A stretch of 39,171 bases of DNA, taken from the NCBI GenBank assembly GCA_040222015.1, contig JAVJWO010000015.1, positions 1 to 39,171 of the forward strand, given 5' to 3'. Both the position numbers and the translations under genes were made by a program. Position 1 is the first letter of the stretch. Every line of letters starts with the position of its first letter. Origin of the DNA: Coleofasciculus chthonoplastes F2-STO-03 (GTDB lineage: Bacteria; Cyanobacteriota; Cyanobacteriia; Cyanobacteriales; Coleofasciculaceae). Below are positions 18,201-28,079 of this stretch, piece after piece. Below the pieces are notes generated by a model. That model did not search any database and was not told the DNA's origin. It was given only the letters and a program-made list of their open reading frames with translations.

Positions 18201-19201
18201 GGGGACGTTCCGATAGAGGTTTATCTAGTGGTTTGTATGCTCAAACCTTTGGGACTGGTCAAGCCGGAAACTTGACAATTAACACACAAGATTTAATTGT
18301 ACAGGAACAAGCCAGAGTTACCGTAGCGGCTGGGGGGGCGACACAAGTAAGAGTTCCGGCAATTCCCGCCGTTCTGTTAGATATTTTATCTAATCTTGAG
18401 ATTCCACCGATTAGTCAAGCCACAGGGGATGCTGGGAATATAGGAATCACAGCAAACAAAATAATATTAGATCAGCAGGGAACTATTATCGCTGAAACTG
18501 AAGCAACCGAGGGTGGTAATATTACCCTCAATGTTAACGATATACTACTCCTACGCCATAACAGTTCAATTTCCACCACCGCCGGAACTGCTCAAGCCGG
18601 AGGAAATGGAGGCAATATCCGGATTAATTCTCCCTTTATTGTCGGGCTTCCCTGGGAAAATAGCGATATTACCGCCAATGCATTCTTTGGTAATGGGGGA
18701 AGAGTGGATATCACCACCAACAAGATTTATGGACTGGAATTTCGCCCTCGCCTGACGCCCCTTTCTGACATTACCGCCAGTTCCGAATTTGGTGAACAAG
18801 GAGTCGTGGAACTCAACACCTTAGAAATTGACCCCAATACCGGATTACTGCAATTACCTCCCCCAGCTTCTCCCCCAGAATTTGTCAATTTCTGTCAAGG
18901 GGATTCTGACCAAACTCCCAGCCATTTTATCATCAGTGGACGCGGCGGAGTTCCTCCCACAATTTCCCAAGTAACGGGAACAGATAACGTGTGGGAAGAT
19001 TTACGTCCATTGACTCCCAGTAGCAATAGTCGCCCCGCCAAAATTGAACCCGTAACCCAGACTCGTTCAACGCCAATAATTGAAGCCCAAGGCTGGATAA
19101 AGTTACCCGATGGAACCATTGTTCTCACCGCCGAAGCGCCCAATGTTACGCCGAATACGGGTTGGCAAAATCCGATACATTGTCAGAGTGCTTTTGAGTA
19201 A
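15263..19201 (+). CDS. Filamentous-haemagglutinin N-terminal (TPS) domain exoprotein
   Basis: Signal peptide ending VLA-QITPD. LFHSFLEFNI, SRVTG, NPNGILFG. GNAG-L-I-T beta-helical repeats. C-terminal IEAQGWIKLPDGTIVLTA motif. Confidence 0.92.
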   Translation: MMTINQSLQRLIQGSAIALFLFIPCNPVLAQITPDSTLGAEGSSILPNGVVIDGVTADLIKDGASRGSALFHSFLEFNINQGQRVYFANPDGIEAIFSRVTGTDPSDILGTLGVNGAADLIFINPNGILFGENAQLDIRGSFIGSTANGVIFENGTIFSATNPEAPPLLTINVPLGLQYGNQNSAAITNSGSLQVGKNLTLVGGTITSLGQLAAPAGHLEIAAVNGDAIVRDGLAQSAILFANNHLILEESQLVTAGDLILLSGDTVRVRDSVEIPFIAHAGGNLYIQGNQSIDILALNHPGTPFQSGGALSLVSDGVISGDAHFASGGQFAILNLAGEPGDFVSYYDPIISVDGDVIIGDYTGASLLIEATGSIKTGNITITQADISLNDTNDPTDSDIAILTSEPALIMRSGVDTLKYPVTPPISPQPPQPPPTNSTFEYENDFEGAVGSEWSNTKTDQTPDEGTIDTTFLGLFGQETVSLTLNDLPSPANVTGSFDLFIIGSWDGNDTSAISGPDVWQLRIDDNVWVNATFSNVNSKQSFPDDYLQGEHPSHQSADHIDELGYTSSTIPDLTFGDSIYTIEFSLEHTSNSLQIDFSKLPPGEVLENENWGIDDIEVVAEVSSTPPVTPPDNSSTLPSFTTSVKPSDASITTVNIETLGGRVILDATSDINLIGGITSNGGEISIHSDSAVNATGVIIDSTNNEGTGNSGNIDVTAQSVSLADGARLLSRVVGNNQGGNITVKASESVNLTDSLPEGNSTGLFATSDGSGEPGNVFVETPELNLQGRARILTEAYDIGNAGELRIETDRLSLQGGARVSALTSGQGKGGNIIVEATESVQLIGSDGTFPSALTTNALTNGLFKPGDAGNLTINTNQLIVQDGAIVTASTTTTGEGGDLTVNASTVQLSGTGILNNGDEIPTGLFTDTSNIGNAGDLTINTTNLIVEDGAIASASTFGQDSQGSQGGNLIVNAVSVELRGRSDRGLSSGLYAQTFGTGQAGNLTINTQDLIVQEQARVTVAAGGATQVRVPAIPAVLLDILSNLEIPPISQATGDAGNIGITANKIILDQQGTIIAETEATEGGNITLNVNDILLLRHNSSISTTAGTAQAGGNGGNIRINSPFIVGLPWENSDITANAFFGNGGRVDITTNKIYGLEFRPRLTPLSDITASSEFGEQGVVELNTLEIDPNTGLLQLPPPASPPEFVNFCQGDSDQTPSHFIISGRGGVPPTISQVTGTDNVWEDLRPLTPSSNSRPAKIEPVTQTRSTPIIEAQGWIKLPDGTIVLTAEAPNVTPNTGWQNPIHCQSAFE

Positions 19202-19317
19202 TGAATGGGGGATAATAATTAGTGATGAGATTGAGTTGGTGAGGCGCGAGGTTATAGCAGTTTCCAAGTACGTGAGGGACAGCCAAATATAGGGGAAATG
19301 CCACTGACTGATTTGCT

Positions 19318-19510
19318 GGTGGGCAATGCCCACCCTACGGTATATCTTGCTCCCCTCTCCCCGGCGTGGGAGAGGGGCTGGGGGTGAGGGGTTGAGCTTA
19401 AGTTGACACGGATGAAGGCTTGCGCCCTGATGGACTTCATCTTATGAGCAACGCTATATATTTTTTAATGCAGAGGTTGACGCAGAGGGCGCAGAGGTTC
19501 GCAGAGAGAT
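19318..19510. repeat. Cluster of dispersed repeats upstream of the Rpn gene
   Basis: GGTGGGCAATGCCCACCCTAC hairpin, TCCCCTCTCCC..GGGAGAGGGG hairpin and a (CGCAGAGG) array. The last has an inverted relative at ~23460-23510. Confidence 0.75.
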
Positions 19511-19568
19511 GGAGATGTGGGGAGGTGAAGGGTTGATAGTTCTGAAATAACCCGGAGGTGGATGACTG

Positions 19569-20405
19569 ATGACATTTATTAATCCGAAAACTGATTTTGC
19601 CTTTAAGAAGATTTTTGGCTCCAAGAAAAGTAAAGAAATTTTGATTAGTTTCTTGAATGCCATTCTGTATCAGGAACAGGAGATGATTCAAGACTTAGAA
19701 ATCCTTGACCCGTATCAATCGCCTCGCATCCAGGGGATTAAGGATTCCTGTTTAGAGGTTAAAGCCGTCATCACTGGAAACAAAACCGTCATCATTGAAA
19801 TGCAGGTACTCAACGTTTTAGGCTTTGAGAAACGAGTCCTGTATAATGCCGCCAAAGCCTTTTCCATTCAACTGGGCGTCGGGGAAGATTACAACTTGTT
19901 TAATCCGGTGATTGCCTTAACCATTACCGACTTTGAGATGTTCTCCAATAGCGCCAAAGTCATCTCTCGCTATTGCCTTAAGGAAAAGGAAGAGTTAACG
20001 GATTATACCGATGATATTGAATTAGTCTTTGTCGAATTACCCAAATTCAATAAAACCTTGGAGGAATCAGAAACCTTAACCGATAAATGGCTCTACTTCC
20101 TCAAATTCGCCAACACCTTAAAAGACGTGCCGCCGCCAATGGCAACGATTCCCGCCATGAAACAGGCATTTACCATCGCCAGACAGAGTAAACTCACTAA
20201 GCGAGAGTTAGAAGCCTTGGAAAAGCGAGAGATTTTTATTCAAGATAGTCAGAATGCGATTCGTAAAGCCAAACTAGACGGAAAAGAGGAAGGTATGCAG
20301 GAAAAAGCGATTGCCATTGCCCGCCAACTTCTCGACGTTTTAGACATTGAAACAATCAGTCAAAAAACTGGATTAAGTATTACCGAGATTCAAGACTTAA
20401 CCTAA
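19569..20405 (+). CDS. Rpn family recombination-promoting nuclease / putative transposase (PD-(D/E)XK-like)
   Basis: INPKTDFAFKKIFG, IIEMQ, FVELPKF, DKWLYFLK and C-terminal GKEEG..IAIARQLL..ISQKTGLS. GGAGG RBS. Confidence 0.9.
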   Translation: MTFINPKTDFAFKKIFGSKKSKEILISFLNAILYQEQEMIQDLEILDPYQSPRIQGIKDSCLEVKAVITGNKTVIIEMQVLNVLGFEKRVLYNAAKAFSIQLGVGEDYNLFNPVIALTITDFEMFSNSAKVISRYCLKEKEELTDYTDDIELVFVELPKFNKTLEESETLTDKWLYFLKFANTLKDVPPPMATIPAMKQAFTIARQSKLTKRELEALEKREIFIQDSQNAIRKAKLDGKEEGMQEKAIAIARQLLDVLDIETISQKTGLSITEIQDLT

Positions 20406-20495
20406 ATGTCACTGACTAGTATGTTGGTGGGTTGAGCGAAGTCGAAACCCACCCTACGGCTTCCCAAACAACGAATAACAAAGGACAAATGACGA

Positions 20496-23231
20496 ATGAC
20501 AAATAACAATCGCCATCTACTAATTGGATTTATTCTCGGATTATTCCTATTCATCAGTATCCCCCCTGTCTTATCCCAAATTAATCCAATTACCCCTCCA
20601 ATCCAATCCGCCGCACAATCTATAGCCCAAGGGAGAACATTCTACGCCGCCAAAGACTATCAACAAGCCATTCACCTCTGGCGACAAGCCGCCCAACGCT
20701 ATGAAACCCAAGGGGATACCCTGCATCAAGCCCAAGCCTTGAGTTATTTGTCCTTAGCCTATCAGAAACTGCACCACTGGACAGACGCCGACACCGCAAT
20801 CACAGCCAGTCTGACTCTATTAGATACCGTAGCAGAATCAACAGAGCGATCGCGCCTCTATGCTCAAGCCCTGAATCACCGAGGTCGTCTAGAATTAGCC
20901 TTAGGGCGGGCGGAATCTGCATTAGCCACCTGGAAGCAAGCAACGCAAATCTATCAACAACTCAATGATGACATCGGCGTGACAGGTAGCCGATTCAACC
21001 AAGCCCAAGCCATGGAAGCCTTAGGATTCTATCGTCGCGCCTGTCAGATTTCCCTACAAGCCTTTCAGGTAGACAATCATTGCAACTTATCTGAGTCAGG
21101 CGAATTAGACGCCGCCGTTAACACCTTTAAACAGCAATCTCAACCCGCGTTTACCGTTGTCGGGTTACGCAACTTAGGAAATGTTCTCCGCCTAGTTGGA
21201 CACTGGCAAGAATCCCAAACTATCTTACACCAAGCCTTAGACCTAGCCAAACAAATCGACTCCCCATCCCAACAAAGTGCCACATTACTCAGTTTAGGCA
21301 AAACCCAATACGCTATATATCGCCAAGACAAAGACTTATGGGAGAGAAGTAATATCACCCAGAATCGCGACAATGCCAAAGAATGGGCAAGGGCGGCATT
21401 AAACACCTATCAGCAAGCCGCCGCCATCAACACCGACTCCACCACCTTACCCTTAGAAGCCCAACTGCATCACCTCCGTTTATTAATCGAGTTTCAGCAG
21501 TGGTTACAAACCCTAGCAAAAACCGATAAAACCGCAAACCCAGCCGAATTTACCTCTCAAATTCAATCCCAAGTCCAGACATTACTCCAGAGTCCCCTTG
21601 CCAACTTAGAAGACAGTAAAATCGCCATATATAGCCAACTATCCTTTGCCCAAACTCTACTGAAATTACCCCAGTATGACCCAAACTTTAGTCATGCCCT
21701 TGATTATACCCAAGCCGCATTAAATCAAGCCCAATCCCTGGACAACAAACGGGCAGAATCTGAAGCCCTGGGGACATTAGCTCACATTTATGAACAAACT
21801 CAAAACTGGTCAGATGCCCAAGACTTAACCCATCAAGCCCTCGGTTTAGCCCAATCCCTTAACACCGAAGACTTAGCCTATAAATGGTTATGGCAATCCG
21901 GACGAATATATTGGAAACAGCAGCAAAAAGAAAACGCCATTCACGCCTATAACACCTCAATCAACGTCCTCAATTCCGTGCGACGAAATTTATTAGCCAT
22001 CAACCCCGGCGTGCAATTTTCCTTTTTAGACGATGTGCGCCCCATTTATCAACAATTCCTGGAAATCTTATTACAACCCGACGCCAATCTTGACCATCTC
22101 CGCCAAGCCACACGTATCAGCGAAGCCCTACAACTAGCTGAACTCGAAGACTTTCTCCGCTGTAGTTTTACCAACTTAGTCCCGATTGACCAAAATCAAA
22201 ACCCACCCGCTGCGATTATTTATCCCATTTTACTGAAAAACCGCCTCGAAGTTCTGATTAAATTGCCCCAATCTGAATCATCTCCAGAAAAAGTTTATCG
22301 GTATACCCCCCAAGTTTCCGCCCAAGACTTTAGCCAAACCCTCTACGACTTACGCCAACAATTAGATGACCCCCGAAATCCAGTAGACAGCCTAATTTTA
22401 CCCCCAGCCCAAAAACTCTATAACTGGCTACTAAAATCAGCCCAGACTGACTTACCCCAAACAGGAACCCTAGTCTTTGTTCTCGATAGCACCCTGCAAA
22501 ATCTCCCCATTGCCATTCTCCACGATAGTCAGCATTACTTAGTCGAAACCTATAACATTGCCATCAGCCTCGGCTCACAATTACCCAACCTCAACCCCTT
22601 ATCCCCAACCCATTGGCAAGGGCTACTAGCCGGAATTAACAAAAAAGCCGAGAGTTACCCACCCAAACTACCCGCCTTATCCAGTGTCTGGAACGAACTG
22701 CATCAGATTCATAATACTGTCCCCAGCCAACTTCTAGAAAATGAACAATTTACCCAAACCAACTTCCGCAACCAACTGATTAACCATCCATTTTCCGTGA
22801 TTCATCTAGCCACCCACGGCGAATTTAGTTCAGATGCAACCCAAACCGTCATCTACGCTTGGGACAAAAAAATACCCGTAGAAAAATTTGGTCAACTGCT
22901 GCAACAGAGACAACAAACCCGCCGCGAACCCATTCAATTATTAGTCCTCAGCGCCTGTCAAACAGCATCAGGTGATAGACGCGCCGCCCTAGGATTAGCC
23001 GGAGTCGCCTTAAGAGCAAATGCCAGTAGTACCGTCGCCAGTCTTTGGCGAGTCAGCGATAACTCAACCGCCCAATTAATGGACAACTTTTACCAGCAAT
23101 TAAATCAAGGCATTCCCAAAGCCGAAGCCCTAGCCAACGTGCAACGAAAATTCATCAATAATCCCGATAATCCATCCCATAAACATCCTTACTATTGGGC
23201 AGCATTCATTCTAGCCGGAAACTGGTTTTAA
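20496..23231 (+). CDS. Exported TPR + CHAT (caspase-like) domain protein
   Basis: Signal peptide and many TPRs. IHLATHGEF and LLVLSACQTA (His/Cys dyad intact), ASLWRVSD, HPYYWAAFILAGNW. Confidence 0.93.
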   Translation: MTNNNRHLLIGFILGLFLFISIPPVLSQINPITPPIQSAAQSIAQGRTFYAAKDYQQAIHLWRQAAQRYETQGDTLHQAQALSYLSLAYQKLHHWTDADTAITASLTLLDTVAESTERSRLYAQALNHRGRLELALGRAESALATWKQATQIYQQLNDDIGVTGSRFNQAQAMEALGFYRRACQISLQAFQVDNHCNLSESGELDAAVNTFKQQSQPAFTVVGLRNLGNVLRLVGHWQESQTILHQALDLAKQIDSPSQQSATLLSLGKTQYAIYRQDKDLWERSNITQNRDNAKEWARAALNTYQQAAAINTDSTTLPLEAQLHHLRLLIEFQQWLQTLAKTDKTANPAEFTSQIQSQVQTLLQSPLANLEDSKIAIYSQLSFAQTLLKLPQYDPNFSHALDYTQAALNQAQSLDNKRAESEALGTLAHIYEQTQNWSDAQDLTHQALGLAQSLNTEDLAYKWLWQSGRIYWKQQQKENAIHAYNTSINVLNSVRRNLLAINPGVQFSFLDDVRPIYQQFLEILLQPDANLDHLRQATRISEALQLAELEDFLRCSFTNLVPIDQNQNPPAAIIYPILLKNRLEVLIKLPQSESSPEKVYRYTPQVSAQDFSQTLYDLRQQLDDPRNPVDSLILPPAQKLYNWLLKSAQTDLPQTGTLVFVLDSTLQNLPIAILHDSQHYLVETYNIAISLGSQLPNLNPLSPTHWQGLLAGINKKAESYPPKLPALSSVWNELHQIHNTVPSQLLENEQFTQTNFRNQLINHPFSVIHLATHGEFSSDATQTVIYAWDKKIPVEKFGQLLQQRQQTRREPIQLLVLSACQTASGDRRAALGLAGVALRANASSTVASLWRVSDNSTAQLMDNFYQQLNQGIPKAEALANVQRKFINNPDNPSHKHPYYWAAFILAGNWF

Positions 23232-23611
23232 TCGTCATTTGTCATTCGTCATTCGTCTTTTTGTTTATAGCCAAATTGCAGGGTGCGTTAGCAAAGCGTA
23301 ACGCACCACTAGAGTTGTAAGTTGAGTTTCGACTTTGCTCAACCCAACGGAATCTAAGGCTAAGGTTCCCTTACTACAAACATAACACCTCTGCAAAAAC
23401 CAATATCATTCCCACTTTTCTCCGAATCCTACAAAAAATTGACCCAAATCCTTCAACCCCCTCTGCGAACCTCTGCGCGAACCTCTGCGCTCCTCTGCGT
23501 TAAAAAATATAATACTCATGCCAACCTAAAATTAATAGATGGTGCGTTACTAACGCACCCTACGTTTAAAGCGTTTGAATCAATAACAAATGACAAATGA
23601 CTAATGACAAA

Positions 23612-24589
23612 TCAACTTAATCGCTGCATCGCTTTTTCTATGTTATCAATCCGCTGTTCATCCCCAATTGCCTCATATCCCGCCTTAGCGTCTTGATACC
23701 AACGCCGCGCCTCTTCATAATTATTATCCATTTCATAAACTTCCCCTAAAAACTGGGCAACTTGCGGAATCAATTCAGCATGATTTAACTGCTGATAATT
23801 GCTGTAGGCAGCCATTAACACCTCAACAGCTTGCGGTAATTTTTCCTGCGCCACAAAGGATCTCGCCAGTCCAATTTGCGCCTGGGCAAGTCCCGCAATA
23901 TCTTGACGACTGCTTGCCAAATCTAGGGATTCTTGATAAACTAATTCAGAGAGTATGGGCAGCTCCAATTGATTATATAAACTCCCCAGACTCTGATAAA
24001 CCTCCAAACTCAGGCTATTCTTATCAATCGCGTCTGTTAGCGTTTGAATCGCGGCTGTCATCAAGTCATAATCTTGGTAAACTTCGGCAAGTTGCAAAGC
24101 CATTTCATCTGCACTCAGATTCTGCTGACGAATCTCTTCCACCTCAGCCATCACCGATTCAGCTTGGCTAGGTGTCATCAGTCTAAACATCGATTTCCCC
24201 GCCTTTCCATCCGCCTCAACCATCAATTCATAATTAATCCCGGCGGTTAATGGGGATTGAGTCGCCGGATAGGGAATTTCGGTGTCTCGCACATTCGGTA
24301 ATTCCCAGACGGTTTCCCCCGATCGCAACAAACGAACAGTATACTCTTGACTATCGGCTAACGGTGTCCAAGATAGGGTAGGTTGAGGATTTAGCAGCGA
24401 ACCTCTAGGAGGAATGATAACCCGAATATCCGTCAAACCACTGCGACGAGGGAAACGACAAGGACCATTTTCTGGGCAGATTGGCTTGGGGTTTTGGGTA
24501 TCCGCGATCGCACGTTGCCAGACAATACTCTCGATTCCCGTTGTTAAGCTAAATGCGACGAGTAAGGACAAGAATACCTTAGTCTTCAT
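23612..24589 (-). CDS. Exported protein with beta-sandwich (Fn3/DUF928-like) domain and C-terminal TPRs
   Basis: Signal peptide MKTKVFLSLLVAFSL..AIA, PTLSW..YTVRL..W..L.AG..Y motif and TPR helices. Confidence 0.75.
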   Translation of the reverse strand: MKTKVFLSLLVAFSLTTGIESIVWQRAIADTQNPKPICPENGPCRFPRRSGLTDIRVIIPPRGSLLNPQPTLSWTPLADSQEYTVRLLRSGETVWELPNVRDTEIPYPATQSPLTAGINYELMVEADGKAGKSMFRLMTPSQAESVMAEVEEIRQQNLSADEMALQLAEVYQDYDLMTAAIQTLTDAIDKNSLSLEVYQSLGSLYNQLELPILSELVYQESLDLASSRQDIAGLAQAQIGLARSFVAQEKLPQAVEVLMAAYSNYQQLNHAELIPQVAQFLGEVYEMDNNYEEARRWYQDAKAGYEAIGDEQRIDNIEKAMQRLS

Positions 24590-24737
24590 ATTAACACAAA
24601 AGCAGGGTAGCAGCACAAGACATTAATATCATTGTATAGACATTAACGATAACATTTCTAGCCATATAGCTTGCATGAACAAAATCGTAGGGTGCGTTAG
24701 CGCAGCGTAACGCACCGTTCCGTTGTTCTTCAGAGAA

Positions 24738-26459
24738 TTACTGTGCATTTAAATAATCTAATGCATCCGCTTGCCATACCTGTACTTCAGGTAATCCTCT
24801 CGACTCAGCTTGACGACAATTTTTCCAATATATCAACGCCTTTGTATTATCCACCTGATTTTGCCAAACTTGGGCGAGAAGACAGTGTGGCGCTGCTTGT
24901 TTATTATCTAGCTTAATCGCTTTTTGTAAATAGTTCTCGGCATCTTGATCGCGATTTTGTTCCAGACGCGCCCAACCTAGATTTTTGTAGAGTACGGATT
25001 GAAGGCTATTTTTTTCTGCTTCATCTAAATCAAGAGTTTCTGTTCGCTGTAAAGCCTTGACTAGAAGGTTAACAGCTACGTCGTAATTACGCTGTTGCCA
25101 AATTTGCAGACGGGCAAAATTATTCGTAGCATCAATACCGACATAACCGTTATCTTGCATAGCACGTTTATATTCAGCCAGCGCCTGCTCAAAGTTTTCG
25201 TCATCCTCGTAAAGTATTCCTAAATTGTAGTGAATCGTTGCCCTCGTTTCAGCATCTGGCTTTAGATTTAAGGCTTGATTAAATTGTTCTTTAGCACATT
25301 GAAAGTCTTCTTGATACTTACAAACCAATCCCAAATCACTACGAGAAATTGCATGATTGGGATTAATCTTAATTGCCCGTTCTAAGTTTGTTCTGGCTTC
25401 ATTGATTCGATTGTATATCAATGCATTTCGTCCTCGCTCAAAATAATACTGAAATTCGGAATAGTGCCGTAACTCATACCCTCCTATCCCTAATAAGCCT
25501 AAAATTAGCATAAAAACTACAGTCATTCCATGAGGCGATCGCACCCAACACCCCAAACCCCGCAACCACAGACTGACTCTAGTTAACCCCTGCGCGATCG
25601 CTTTCACATCTTGGGGACGATTTACCACCGCATCTGCCATCAAATCATCGATAAACTCGGCTAAAGGTTTAGAGATTTGCGGTGCTTTGTCTTGCCAAAT
25701 CAACTGACCTGTATTATGATTAATAGGTAGACAACTAGGCGGTTTATTAGTAAGTAAATGAACCAACGTGCGTCCCAAGGCATAAAAGTCGGATTGGGGC
25801 AAACATTTACCCTGCCTTTGTTCCGGTGCAGTGTATCCTTCAGATATAATCTTAGTTAATTCAACATCTCCCCGAAGTTTAGCTAAATACGTCCCGGTAA
25901 TCTCCCGCACACTGCCAAAATCAATCAATACCAATCTGCCATCCGGCTTCAGGATAATATTACTGGGTTTAATATCCCGATGAAAAAATTGGTTTTGGTG
26001 CAAGTAATCAATAATCTCCAGAAGTTGTCTCAACCAGTTGAGGGCTAACGCTTGAGAAATCGCCCCATATTGTTTTGCCCACGCTTCTAAATTTTGTCCC
26101 TCTATTTTTTCCAGAACTAGGCAGTGTAATTCTGTGGTACTTTTAACAGAAACTATAAAATACCCATCACTTTCAACCTGGGGAATTCCTGGATGGTTTA
26201 AAAGTTCCAGCGTCAATGCTTCCCGTTCAAAGAGTTCGACTAATTTGGCATGATTATCTTTAAGAACCTTCATCACCTTCCGGGTTCCCTGATCATCCAC
26301 CTCAAAGACATCGGTATATTTCCGCGAATCTAATCGGCGTAGGGGTTGAATTAACCGATATCGGTCATGAATTAGTAGTGGAGTGCCGCAGGTTTGGCAA
26401 CACTCCAATCCATCGGGATTTTGACGCTGTTTACAGTGGGGATTAATACAGTAAATCAC
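24738..26459 (-). CDS. Membrane Ser/Thr protein kinase with 4-Cys prefix and C-terminal TPRs
   Basis: YCINPHC..CQTCG prefix, HPGIP, HRDIKPSN, LIDFG, GYTAPEQ, SDFYALG, one TM helix and TPRs. GTG start chosen because the ORF-track start at 26516 falls inside a repeat. Confidence 0.92.
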   Translation of the reverse strand: MIYCINPHCKQRQNPDGLECCQTCGTPLLIHDRYRLIQPLRRLDSRKYTDVFEVDDQGTRKVMKVLKDNHAKLVELFEREALTLELLNHPGIPQVESDGYFIVSVKSTTELHCLVLEKIEGQNLEAWAKQYGAISQALALNWLRQLLEIIDYLHQNQFFHRDIKPSNIILKPDGRLVLIDFGSVREITGTYLAKLRGDVELTKIISEGYTAPEQRQGKCLPQSDFYALGRTLVHLLTNKPPSCLPINHNTGQLIWQDKAPQISKPLAEFIDDLMADAVVNRPQDVKAIAQGLTRVSLWLRGLGCWVRSPHGMTVVFMLILGLLGIGGYELRHYSEFQYYFERGRNALIYNRINEARTNLERAIKINPNHAISRSDLGLVCKYQEDFQCAKEQFNQALNLKPDAETRATIHYNLGILYEDDENFEQALAEYKRAMQDNGYVGIDATNNFARLQIWQQRNYDVAVNLLVKALQRTETLDLDEAEKNSLQSVLYKNLGWARLEQNRDQDAENYLQKAIKLDNKQAAPHCLLAQVWQNQVDNTKALIYWKNCRQAESRGLPEVQVWQADALDYLNAQ

Positions 26460-26499
26460 ATGATTATTTAGCTGAGTTTTTACCGTATGTGGCACCTCT

Positions 26500-26644
26500 G
26501 TAGGGGCGGGTTTCACTACTATCTTTTCGGTTGCACCTAGATCTAACTAAACCTGCCCAGACGCGCCATGGCGCCTCTCTACTCAGGTTTCTAGATTTCC
26601 CGTGAAAAGTCAACCTGTAGAGACGTTGCATGCAACGTCTCTAC
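26500..26644. repeat. Cluster of REP-like elements
   Basis: GTAGGGGCGGGTTT..AAACCTGCCC (26500-26558), AGACGCGCCATGGCGCCTCTCTAC and GTAGAGACGTTGCATGCAACGTCTCTAC (26617-26644). Confidence 0.85.
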
Positions 26645-27939
26645 AAATCATTCCGTTTGTAGGTTTTAACATATTTTCTAATAATCGGTTGTAAAGTAAA
26701 AAAAGGTTCACTCGTCTTCTTCCCATCCCCCCCAGTCTTCTCAATCAAAGAACGCCCCCGCAAAGAGTCCAGTACCTCTAATAATTCCGAAAACGAGATA
26801 GAATTATTTTTTTGTAACGTTCTCAGAGATAGAGGCTTATCTTGACTCGCTAAACTCTGTATAATTTCCTGCTCTAAATCCGATAACTTCTCAAACTGTC
26901 GATCTAAGTTTTCCCGAAATATATCATCAACTAAAATAGTTTGCAGGTTGGTGAATTCCACCACATCCCCATTAAAATACTCTTTAATCGTCGTTGCAAC
27001 TAACTTTAAAGCTAAAGGATTACCTTGATAATCCCGAATCAAACTATCCCATTTTTCCTCACCCGTTAACCCATTATCGGCTAAAATTTGGCGGGCGGCG
27101 GCGTCGGGTAAGGGGTTCAGTGGTAAGGAATGAACAGAGGGACGAGTTGTTTCTAATCGCCGGATATCTCTCAGGGTTTCTTGAGAACAAAGTAATAAAC
27201 AACTTTGATGGGAGGTTTCACCAAGTTGTCTCAGAAGTAACCCGTATTCCTCATAATCGGGACTATAGCGTCCAAATCTATCACCACTTCGCACAATTGT
27301 CTCCACATCATCAAGGATAAATAGACAACGGTGTTGGCTAAGATAATCGCGCAACTGGGAGAATCTCTCATTCAAGTCTGTGGGTAAATCCGATGCTTCC
27401 TGATTTCCCAAAGCGATAAGCCAATCCCCTAAAAGACTGTCCAGGGGTAGCGGATTCCTAAGCGATCGCCAGATAATAAACTCAAACTCCTCCTCTATAT
27501 CCTGCGCCAGGTTCACCGCCAACGTAGTTTTGCCAATTCCTGCCATTCCCAGGATGGCGACTAAGCGCGAGTTATCCTGAACAATCCATTGCTTCAGCCT
27601 CTCCTGTTCCTCTTGACGCCCATACATCACCGAGACATCCGGCGCTTCTCCCCAATCTCGACGCCGAGAGGACTGAGTTTGACGAGTTTGATAAGCAGAA
27701 ATGAGACGCTGTTTCAATTCCACTAACTTACCCGGACCCGTTCCCGTAATCTCAAACTTGCGATAAACTTCACCCAATCGCTTCCGCAAGGCGATGGGAG
27801 TGATCCCCAGAGATCGGGCAATCTCATCCTGAGTTGACTTGCCTGTCAGGACTAACGACAACGCCTCCAGTTCAGTGTCAGACACACCGCGTTCATCGGT
27901 CAAAGTTTTCAGGAATTCAGGGGGAATCGGGGAAGTCAA
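26641..27939 (-). CDS. HTH + NB-ARC (STAND) ATPase without a C-terminal repeat domain
   Basis: N-terminal LuxR-like HTH, DWGEAPDV..YGR, Walker A GMAGIGKT, WRSLRN, Walker B LFILDD, GNPLALKLVA and winged helix ending FTLQP. Confidence 0.9.
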   Translation of the reverse strand: MTSPIPPEFLKTLTDERGVSDTELEALSLVLTGKSTQDEIARSLGITPIALRKRLGEVYRKFEITGTGPGKLVELKQRLISAYQTRQTQSSRRRDWGEAPDVSVMYGRQEEQERLKQWIVQDNSRLVAILGMAGIGKTTLAVNLAQDIEEEFEFIIWRSLRNPLPLDSLLGDWLIALGNQEASDLPTDLNERFSQLRDYLSQHRCLFILDDVETIVRSGDRFGRYSPDYEEYGLLLRQLGETSHQSCLLLCSQETLRDIRRLETTRPSVHSLPLNPLPDAAARQILADNGLTGEEKWDSLIRDYQGNPLALKLVATTIKEYFNGDVVEFTNLQTILVDDIFRENLDRQFEKLSDLEQEIIQSLASQDKPLSLRTLQKNNSISFSELLEVLDSLRGRSLIEKTGGDGKKTSEPFFTLQPIIRKYVKTYKRNDL

Positions 27940-28079
27940 TGTTTTTGGTTCTCACGTCAGTCTGTACTTCTCATTATAGACTGTGAGACGGACAGTTTGA
28001 TCCATTCGTCGTTCGTTCGTCGTTCGTAGTTGAGGAACTTTAGCCTTCTCCAACTATCAAGGGAAGCATCTCTAGTCTT

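Noticed and set aside
19252..19691. Minus-strand ORFs upstream of and overlapping the Rpn gene
   Set aside because: They consist of dispersed repeats or are antisense shadows of a real gene.
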